Made by a program: the position numbers and the translations under genes. This document shows positions 1-7,402 of a DNA stretch of 64,000 nt, piece by piece (the first letter of the stretch is position 1; each line of letters opens with the position of its first letter). Origin of the DNA: a virus. Lineage: Duplodnaviria; Caudoviricetes. Under the pieces are notes generated by a model, which made no database searches, was not told the DNA's origin, and saw only the letters and a list, made by a program, of their open reading frames with translations. The stretch spans positions 64,001-128,000 of the IMG/VR virus record IMGVR_UViG_3300028886_001681; one strand, 5' to 3'.

Positions 1-406
1 ATTTGTAGTCGGATTCTAGTCCGTCAAGTTTCGCCAATTTTTTCTCTATTGAATTTTTGGACTTGTCGAACGAAGCCTTCGCTTTCTTGGTTTTGTTTTT
101 CGTGGATTCGTCAATTTTTTCGTTTTGCTCTTTGGTTAGCGTTTTCTTATGGTTGAGTTTAATCGTGACCACTTTAGCGCAATCCATGTATTGATTCTTG
201 AACTGTTTGTCGGTCAGATTGCTCCAATCTCTCTTTTGAATTTCTTCCGCAAGCAAAGATGTGCCGAAATAAGTTCTGAATGTTTTTGCTGTTGCGAACT
301 CATATTTATTTTTTATTGTTTCCAATAACGAATCGTCAATTTCAAATTTATCGACCGATAGCAAGTTCTTCAAGCGTTTTGGTAATTTTGTCATAATTAT
401 AAGCAT
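1..406 (-). CDS. DNA topoisomerase IB, C-terminal part (runs off window start; absent from ORF track)
   Basis: SD TAAGGAGG (420-413), 6 nt, then ATG at 406. The open frame reads MLIIMTKLPKRLKNLL...KYEFATAKTFRTYFGTS...VTIKLNHKKT then a Lys-rich coiled coil. This matches the eukaryotic Topo IB motifs TAKVFRTY and ILCNHQR followed by the linker. Confidence 0.85.
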   Translation of the reverse strand, partial: MLIIMTKLPKRLKNLLSVDKFEIDDSLLETIKNKYEFATAKTFRTYFGTSLLAEEIQKRDWSNLTDKQFKNQYMDCAKVVTIKLNHKKTLTKEQNEKIDESTKNKTKKAKASFDKSKNSIEKKLAKLDGLESDYK

Positions 407-1292
407 ATTTGCCCTCCTTAATATTATTATATACTGTTTGTGTGTATTCGTCAAAATAATTTTTATAAACTTTTATAAAATCATTCCAAGCAATATCAAT
501 GTTAAATTTATTATATAAAAATTGTTGTAATGCTTTATTTGATTTTATTTTTAATTTTACTTTTTCATTTTTAGCGATGTTTTTTTCACCCTTCATGGAA
601 TCACTTCGTATTTTTTTACTTTCTTCAGTGATTCCATTTTTGCGTTTTTCAGAATAAATTTTTTTATCTCCATCGGATAAAGAATCCCAAAACATTTTAT
701 TTTTTTCAGATTTATTTTTCTTTTCTTTTTCATTCCAATGTTTCCCTTTCATTGGATTGATATAATTTTTTTGTTTTGCTAATTTTTTATGAGTTTTGCT
801 TGATTTTTCTTTCAATTCATTTGTCCACATTTCTTTAACTTTTTGTTTATGAAAATCTTTAACTTTTTCAAAGCCATCTCTTTGATGTTGTCTTAATGTA
901 TCGAATTCTTCTTTTGATAAAGATTTATACCATGATTTTGTAGATTGAGATTTTTTTAATTTTTGTTCATCAGTTATATATAAATTATAATTAGATTCCC
1001 CACCTTCGGTCATGTTGTATCCAAAATTTAAATCATTGGAATGAAAAAGTTTAATTAATCTTTTTTCCCAATAATTTAAGTCATAAGTTTCAATTAATAT
1101 TTCAAAAGAAAAATTTTTAACGCCATATTTTCTTATTGCTTTATGAATATAACAATCATCTTTTGAATTTATATGAGAAATCCATCTATTGTGAATATCA
1201 ATTGATTGACCGATATAAACTTTATGATTTATGAGATTTTCAATTTTATAAATTCCACTAATATGATTATTATATATTTTATGTCTACTCAT
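348..1292 (-). CDS. GIY-YIG homing endonuclease (free-standing, Seg-like)
   Basis: SGIYKIENLINHKVYIGQS...R...E...GYN core followed by a basic NUMOD-like tail; very AT-rich. Confidence 0.9.
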   Translation of the reverse strand: MSRHKIYNNHISGIYKIENLINHKVYIGQSIDIHNRWISHINSKDDCYIHKAIRKYGVKNFSFEILIETYDLNYWEKRLIKLFHSNDLNFGYNMTEGGESNYNLYITDEQKLKKSQSTKSWYKSLSKEEFDTLRQHQRDGFEKVKDFHKQKVKEMWTNELKEKSSKTHKKLAKQKNYINPMKGKHWNEKEKKNKSEKNKMFWDSLSDGDKKIYSEKRKNGITEESKKIRSDSMKGEKNIAKNEKVKLKIKSNKALQQFLYNKFNIDIAWNDFIKVYKNYFDEYTQTVYNNIKEGKYAYNYDKITKTLEELAIGR

Positions 1293-2469
1293 TTAAATAA
1301 TCCATTACATTATATTTAACAATCAAACCTATCGCTAATTTAATGTCATTTTCATTTTTAGATAACAATAGTTCGTCAATTTTTATTTTTAAGCATACAT
1401 TATTTAAAAATTCGTTCACATCGTTAGACGATATTTTGTCGAACGCTCTGTCTTTTGGGCTTTTGTCTTTCAAGCATTTTTTCAACGAATCAAAAGCGTC
1501 CTCATCAACTTTCATCGTGTTGTCCATTACCATTGAGTCTTTACCCAAGAAATGCAAACGGACTTTTTTGCTTTCCAACAAAATGATGTTCTCAACTTTA
1601 AGGGTGGACGCTCCGACGACCCCATTGTTCCGTTTGTCCTCGTTGCCCGCTCGTATACCAAATTTAGAGATTATGTAGGCACAACAACCAATTTGCCGTT
1701 TCTTGGCGTTGTCGGACAAGTAAGCGTCTTTTATCGCCTTGGTGACCTTTCTGATGTTTTGTTGCAGAAGCCTAGCATTCTCGAATTTTTCCTCGTCGGA
1801 ATCCGCCTTGAATAAAGACTTGTTGGAAAACCAAATCGCCTTTTGAATCGTGACGCTAGGATTTCCAATCAACCGCTCGGTGTAGGTGGCAATTGAAGAG
1901 GTGTCCTTGAACGACACATCCTTCCATTTGTGAGTTCCGTAATCGCACGGAAACGGATAAGACGAATTGATTGACACATCTTCAGGCATTACATCTTCCA
2001 CAACAAATCCGCTCCATTCGCAAGCACCGCGCCCTATGAATATTCGGCTAGACTCGATTAATGAGTTTCCTATCTCAACCTTCTCTCCGTCAACCAAAGC
2101 GTAGCCGTAGGTTTCCTTCCATTTTTTGTTTTCTTCCGCTATTTCCTTTCTATGTTCTTTATTGTAAAGTTTCTTTTCTTCCGCGTATTTTTCTTTAATC
2201 GCTTTCATTCTTGACAGAACCGTTTCGAAGTCGGACGGAAATTTCAATTCCTTCTGTTCCTTCGTCAGTTCCGTTTTTAATGACTTATAAAAATTCTTTT
2301 GGTAGACATTTTCGCTTTTGTATTTGTCCGCCAAAGTAGACCACATGAAGAGCCATTTCACCGCTCGATATGACAATCTCATTTTATTCTCGTTGGAATA
2401 ATATTCGTCAATGTAGGGTAATTCCTTGGGGAATTTCACGCACCCTTCAATTAATTTGAGTTCTTTCAT
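1285..2469 (-). CDS. DNA topoisomerase IB, N-terminal part (eukaryote-type core)
   Basis: Motifs YGYALVDGEKVEIGN..IE...FIGRG, D.EKFENAR.L, GIRAGNE, VGASTLKVENI and FLGKDS; ends before the TAKxFRTY motif. Confidence 0.9.
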   Translation of the reverse strand: MKELKLIEGCVKFPKELPYIDEYYSNENKMRLSYRAVKWLFMWSTLADKYKSENVYQKNFYKSLKTELTKEQKELKFPSDFETVLSRMKAIKEKYAEEKKLYNKEHRKEIAEENKKWKETYGYALVDGEKVEIGNSLIESSRIFIGRGACEWSGFVVEDVMPEDVSINSSYPFPCDYGTHKWKDVSFKDTSSIATYTERLIGNPSVTIQKAIWFSNKSLFKADSDEEKFENARLLQQNIRKVTKAIKDAYLSDNAKKRQIGCCAYIISKFGIRAGNEDKRNNGVVGASTLKVENIILLESKKVRLHFLGKDSMVMDNTMKVDEDAFDSLKKCLKDKSPKDRAFDKISSNDVNEFLNNVCLKIKIDELLLSKNENDIKLAIGLIVKYNVMDYLNE

Positions 2470-2478
2470 ATGTTTTCC

Positions 2479-2853
2479 TTAAAATTGATTTCCGTTTTCG
2501 TCCAAGAAGTTGGACATGAAGTAAACGACAGGCACCAAATGAACCGAGGCCACGCTCTTCCATTCCGACAACTCGACATTCCAACAGTCCGCGAACCGCA
2601 AGCCTCTGAACACCCACTTCGTTCCGTTGGCGTCTATGGCGAAGACCTCTCCGTTCGACGAGTATAGCCTAGAGAACAACCTCTGAACCAACTCTTCCTT
2701 GGGGCACTCGTCATGGTAACGTTTGTGCTCGATTCTGTCCTTTCCGTTGAAAATCACTCTGTCCAAGTAGTCCGTTCCGCTCTTTATCAAGTTTCCGCAC
2801 TTTAGGCACACATAGTCCTTCTTGGCAGTCCTTACGATGATGGAATCGCTCAT
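2479..2853 (-). CDS. hypothetical protein with N-terminal Zn-ribbon-like motif
   Basis: RTAKKDYVCLKCG...HDEC; SD GAGGGA and a sigma70 promoter upstream. Confidence 0.6.
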   Translation of the reverse strand: MSDSIIVRTAKKDYVCLKCGNLIKSGTDYLDRVIFNGKDRIEHKRYHDECPKEELVQRLFSRLYSSNGEVFAIDANGTKWVFRGLRFADCWNVELSEWKSVASVHLVPVVYFMSNFLDENGNQF

Positions 2854-2889
2854 AATTCTTCCCTCGTTTTTTCTTTGTTCGTTTTAAGA

Positions 2890-2918
2890 ATTATAGCATG
2901 TATTGCTCGCTTTGTCAA
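2890..2918 (-). promoter_or_regulatory. consensus sigma70 promoter
   Basis: TTGACA-17 nt-TATAAT on the minus strand. Confidence 0.85.
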
Positions 2919-2928
2919 GGAAAAAATG

Positions 2929-3216
2929 AAAAAAAAATCCACCCATGTTGTGGGTGGAGTCCGATGTGATTGCGTCACTTTGAGCGTTCGTTTTACACAC
3001 ACTCGCTTGCAAGAAACTAGGTTCTTGGTGGTTCTCCTTTTGTTCAAAGGCATACTTTTGGTAACTACCACTTATGTTTTCTCTTTTGTTCTTATCGCCA
3101 CCACATCCCACAATGCTTGTGATGGCTAAGTCAGAACACACTTCCGCTTTTTCAAGAGCAGTAACTCAGACAAACCCACTTGGGTTAGAACAATGTGAAT
3201 TTGTTATTTCCGACCG
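2929..3216 (-). ncRNA. candidate structured ncRNA (~290 nt)
   Basis: Starts just after the TAACTATT motif (3231-3224), contains many hairpins, and ends in TCCACCCA/TGGGTGGA plus a U-run; no credible ORF. Confidence 0.55.
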
Positions 3217-3232
3217 TTTCTTAAATAGTTAG

Positions 3233-3760
3233 GGTTGGAAACATCGGTTAGTTTATCACGATGGTTTTTATAGAGAATATCAATCGGCAAGAGATGAAAT
3301 AAAATCCTATTTATCTCCATTGCTTCAAGATTTAGCAATAGAACAAAGTTGCCGCATAGATGAATTAAAACTTTATGTGATTGGCTTTTCTTTGGGTGGT
3401 TCAATTGCACCTATCGCTATGGAAGATTTTTATGAAGTTTATGCTATAAAACCAACATCGATTGCTTTTGAAGGTGCGAATCCGTGTGAAAGTTTACATA
3501 CTAGAAATTATCTGATGAATTGTATGAATCTTGATGAATCTATAGCATTTGTATATTCAAACGATTTTGTTCCAAGATGTGCCCCATTCTTCGGTAAAAA
3601 ATTAAAAGATATTATTTATTATTTAGACGACCATAAATGTAAGTTTCCGTTTTATTTTATAAAGAAGATAATCTCATTCATAAAAGATACAGAGTATTAT
3701 CATACTAGTGTGGATGAGGGTATAAGAAAATATATGCCTACAGAATGGGGATTAAATTAA
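3233..3760 (+). pseudogene. 5'-truncated class 3 lipase-like alpha/beta hydrolase
   Basis: GFSLGGS nucleophile elbow and D.VPR. The frame stays open upstream of the annotated TTG through VYHDGF back to an in-frame TAG (3230-3232), with no start codon in that extension. Confidence 0.6.
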
Positions 3761-3911
3761 AAAAAATGTACTCTATTTAATAGGGTACAAATTTTATATA
3801 AATTTGATTTGATTTTTTTATATTTTAACTTATATATTCCAACGCAACGTATGTGCATAAAGGATTGGTTTCTCCCACCCTCTAAAGAGTAGGGAGATTA
3901 ATTTGGTGTGA

Positions 3912-5960
3912 TTACATAGGGTCAATCATCTGTGCCATTGCACAAACAAATCCACCATCATGCAGGAGCGTTCCATATTCTGTTATGCCTTGGATATCTA
4001 TAGTGCCTCCACACTTTACAAATGTAGTAGTAACGTTATTAAATGTTCCAGCTTGTGAAACAGCATTAAATGCATAAACGCCCATCCACGCACCATGGCT
4101 ACTAGATAAGGTCAGTTGTACTCTATAGCGTGTTCCCGCAACACAACCAAACTTCTGTTGAGCGTACCATAACAGACTATCACTCTGTGCAGTCTTAAAG
4201 ACTTTTATTTCATTCTCAGTGACAAGTTTATATATAGGTAGAACAATGCCAGTAGGTTCTACTGTGGTTTTAATTCCCATACCAGTCCATCTACCATACA
4301 CCTTGACATGAGCATAACAATATGACTGCATACCTAGCCATATATGTTTATTATTATCCAACCTAAGTTGTTCAGTAGCCGATGTTTGAGTATCGTTTAA
4401 ATTTACTGCTTTAATATAATTTAAGTCAGCCATAGTTCCACTACAAGAAACTAATATCTTTGACTGACCCCCATCTACTCTACCGTAAGTTATTTCATAG
4501 AATAAAAATGCTTGCGAATTACTTGTAGATGTCGATGTTCCCAAATCAAACCAAGCATAATTATCACCACCAACTGATAATTGATAGTCGCTTAAAGTTA
4601 TATTTGTCAAATTCTCTGTTGTAGTAAGTTTCTGTATAGTCCATGAATCTGATAATGAATAAGTCTTGTATACATAGTATTCTGCTCCTGCTTCAGAACG
4701 TAAATTCCCAATACCATACCAATAGCCTTCTATGCCTATATTAATGCAGATGTCGTAGTCATGCCACAATGCCGTACTTGATAAATAAGCCTTTCCTTTA
4801 TAAAAACCTGTTCCTCTTGTTTTTAAGTCTGCTAAGAGAGCATTCATATCAGTAAAAGTATCTGACGAAAGTATCTTAACACTATTATCCTCTGTAGCAA
4901 GTTTCTTCCAACTAGACCATGTTCCGTTTACCCTTACACGATAATATTGCTCTCCTTCCGTATTAACTGTGTATTGAGCAATGTCGTCAGAAATAGAAGT
5001 TGTGTTTTTACTTTGTACTTGTAAGATGCAGTATGCACTAGGAATGTTAGTACATCCCGTAGTGAGATAATACAATCCTGTAGTGGTGAGTGTATTTGCA
5101 TCAGTATTTGATACTGCGGTGTATGCTTTAATTTTTTCAATATCACTTGTGTTCTGTGCAATAGCACCTTCAACAGTAGAAGCACCTGCAATTGGAGAAG
5201 ATAAATCTTTTTTCTGATAATCAGTAAGGTCAAATGCGTTACCCATGTAGTTGAACAGATAAGTGTCCGCACCTGCCTTGATGATTCCAACGTTATCACC
5301 TATATTGATTGTAAGTCCTGCTCCGTTGATAAACAAAGCACTTGTAGTTCCGCTATCACTCATCGTGTATATATTTCCTACATTATCCTCAATCAATAAA
5401 CTTGATGTAAGTTCTGCACAAGTCAATTCTCCACGAGGAGTGTAGATTGAACTTAAAGCATTATTAATGGCACTGTAAACAGAACCGCTTTCGACCAACT
5501 CATGTGAATTTGGTCTAACCAAGTCAGTAAAATTTTTTCCGCTTGCAGTTCCTAATCCACCTTTAATCTCATCTATAGCATCTTGTACATTAGTTGCAAT
5601 AAGTTCACTTGTAGTGTTATCATAAGAAACATCAGTCGCAGTTGCATTGCTAGGTTGTACGTTCTTTTGAACCCAAGAATATGTCGGTGTAGATTCTCCG
5701 TCAGAAACACATTCATAGAAATAACCATTAACATAAGTTCCCGTACTTCCAATGAATTCGACTATCATGTTTTCATTTTCTGCACTAGCAATAGGCATTG
5801 TGTCAACTTGAATGGAAGAACCACCACTCGAAAGGTCACCATCTTCATAGGCTTGCTGAATGGATTTTGAAGTTCCGTCTATATCTATACCCACATTTTC
5901 TGATTCTACTGCATAGAAATCGTTTGACATGGGTGCGAGAGTGTCTGCAAGTTTAATCAT
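3912..5960 (-). CDS. tail fibre / receptor-binding-like structural protein
   Basis: VSYDN..ATNVQDAIDE motif and a pyocin-knob-like segment (DANTL...GLYY...YYR...WSSWKKL); late-type motif upstream. Confidence 0.6.
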   Translation of the reverse strand: MIKLADTLAPMSNDFYAVESENVGIDIDGTSKSIQQAYEDGDLSSGGSSIQVDTMPIASAENENMIVEFIGSTGTYVNGYFYECVSDGESTPTYSWVQKNVQPSNATATDVSYDNTTSELIATNVQDAIDEIKGGLGTASGKNFTDLVRPNSHELVESGSVYSAINNALSSIYTPRGELTCAELTSSLLIEDNVGNIYTMSDSGTTSALFINGAGLTINIGDNVGIIKAGADTYLFNYMGNAFDLTDYQKKDLSSPIAGASTVEGAIAQNTSDIEKIKAYTAVSNTDANTLTTTGLYYLTTGCTNIPSAYCILQVQSKNTTSISDDIAQYTVNTEGEQYYRVRVNGTWSSWKKLATEDNSVKILSSDTFTDMNALLADLKTRGTGFYKGKAYLSSTALWHDYDICINIGIEGYWYGIGNLRSEAGAEYYVYKTYSLSDSWTIQKLTTTENLTNITLSDYQLSVGGDNYAWFDLGTSTSTSNSQAFLFYEITYGRVDGGQSKILVSCSGTMADLNYIKAVNLNDTQTSATEQLRLDNNKHIWLGMQSYCYAHVKVYGRWTGMGIKTTVEPTGIVLPIYKLVTENEIKVFKTAQSDSLLWYAQQKFGCVAGTRYRVQLTLSSSHGAWMGVYAFNAVSQAGTFNNVTTTFVKCGGTIDIQGITEYGTLLHDGGFVCAMAQMIDPM

Positions 5961-6023
5961 TGTTATTCTCCTATCTATTCAAAATTAAAACAAATCATAA
6001 ATATATCTTATGTAAATAGTTAA

Positions 6024-7205
6024 TTAGTCCGCATATTCAAATCTATATCCAAAATATGTTTTTCTTTTCAAATCACCTCTACATATATTACGAATTGCAT
6101 CTTTTATACTTCTATCTTTAGAATTTGAAATAGTATTTTTTCTTAAATATTCCAACAAATCTTCCATTATGAAAATTCCTACAAATTCATTATGATAAAA
6201 AACTTTAATTTTATGTGCTTTTGCTCTATGTGTTTTGGTTGTTTGTTCGATTCTTAATTTATTTGCTAATTCTTTATCGTAAAAACACAATCCGTATTCC
6301 GTTCCAATATTCAAATATTTTTCAACTGTACTTCTATCTAAATCAAATATTTTAGATATATTTAATGTACTTTTATTTTCATCTTTTGCGTTTTTATAAT
6401 ATTCACAAACTTTAATTAAGAGGTTACTCAACGCCCATTTTCCACAATCTTCCCAATTAACTTTAGATAAATCAAGTATTTCGGATAATTGTGATTTCAA
6501 AATACTTTCTTTTATAAAATCAACAGATGATACATCACAATTTATTCTTATCACTTCAATGTCATGTTCTTTTGCTAATATATCTTTATATCTATCTCGT
6601 TCTAATCCTTCAACATCTTTTTCTTTAGAATTAAATTTCAATTTACCATGACCAATCCCACCATCCATCTCAATTATGTATTTTTGTTCATTAAATTCAA
6701 AATAGCAATCGTATTTATACGGTTTTATCCACGAAGGATGATATTCATATTCTAAATTATTTACATCAAAATGTTTCATAAACGCTCGAAGAAATTTATT
6801 AGGATAACTTAACGAATCGTTAGGGCAATTATAACATTTATATTTAATCACATATCTACCTTGTTCATATTTTTCATCTCCACAGACAGGACATTTGAAC
6901 AAAAATTTATGTCTTGTTCCATAACTGTATGTTTTTGCCAAATCTTTATTTACAATTAAATACATTAAATTAGAATAAGTACTATATAAATCATTCACAC
7001 CTTGAGTTACTTTAAGATTAGTACGAGGATAATTAAGTCTGACAATTTCATATTCTTCTTCATCGTAATTTCTTAAACAATCACCACAAAAAGTATATTG
7101 CCAATTTTTACAAGATTCTGTATTACATATAAAATCTTTATGACAATAATCACACTCACAAACAAATCTGTTTTTATCGTTTCTTAATTGATGTTTAAAT
7201 CCCAT
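6024..7205 (-). CDS. free-standing Zn-finger plus Vsr/DUF559-like endonuclease (putative homing endonuclease)
   Basis: CxxC motifs; YD.YF...IIEMDG..H...D..KD.LA....I.VIRI; HTH-like C-terminus. Confidence 0.7.
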   Translation of the reverse strand: MGFKHQLRNDKNRFVCECDYCHKDFICNTESCKNWQYTFCGDCLRNYDEEEYEIVRLNYPRTNLKVTQGVNDLYSTYSNLMYLIVNKDLAKTYSYGTRHKFLFKCPVCGDEKYEQGRYVIKYKCYNCPNDSLSYPNKFLRAFMKHFDVNNLEYEYHPSWIKPYKYDCYFEFNEQKYIIEMDGGIGHGKLKFNSKEKDVEGLERDRYKDILAKEHDIEVIRINCDVSSVDFIKESILKSQLSEILDLSKVNWEDCGKWALSNLLIKVCEYYKNAKDENKSTLNISKIFDLDRSTVEKYLNIGTEYGLCFYDKELANKLRIEQTTKTHRAKAHKIKVFYHNEFVGIFIMEDLLEYLRKNTISNSKDRSIKDAIRNICRGDLKRKTYFGYRFEYAD

Positions 7206-7348
7206 AATTGCTTTTCTGACAAAATAACTATATAATCATCTTGTCATTCGATAACCTCTTTATCGTTTGATGTTTCAAAAAGGTTGGAATTCACAGTTCT
7301 GACCTTTTTCATTGCATACCGCAACACTAGAATAAATAGTTACAAAAA

Positions 7349-7378
7349 AAAACGACACTGATAAAAAGTGTCGTTTTT
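7349..7378. terminator. intrinsic terminator
   Basis: AAAACGACAC...GTGTCGTTTT inverted repeat with A/T runs. Confidence 0.7.
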
Positions 7379-7402
7379 CAATTAAAATCAGATTATAATG
7401 AA

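Noticed and set aside
333-1382. 10-nt direct repeat TCGTCAATTT flanking the GIY-YIG gene
   Set aside because: The same word also occurs at about 108-117 and simply encodes (K/E)-I-D; it does not coincide with the inferred insertion ends
302-1392. Group I intron or split intein explaining the Topo IB interruption
   Set aside because: There is no non-coding core, and U|...G| junctions give a stop or a frameshift. The N-tail starts CLK but the C-part has no terminal (H)N-C/S/T and is too short for an intein.
2943-2980. tmRNA/tRNA-like 3' end (...ACTCCACC) in the candidate ncRNA
   Set aside because: No matching GGGG 5' acceptor strand, no canonical T-loop and no tag ORF
3912-5960. Diversity-generating retroelement target
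   Set aside because: No reverse transcriptase or template-repeat copy is visible in the window
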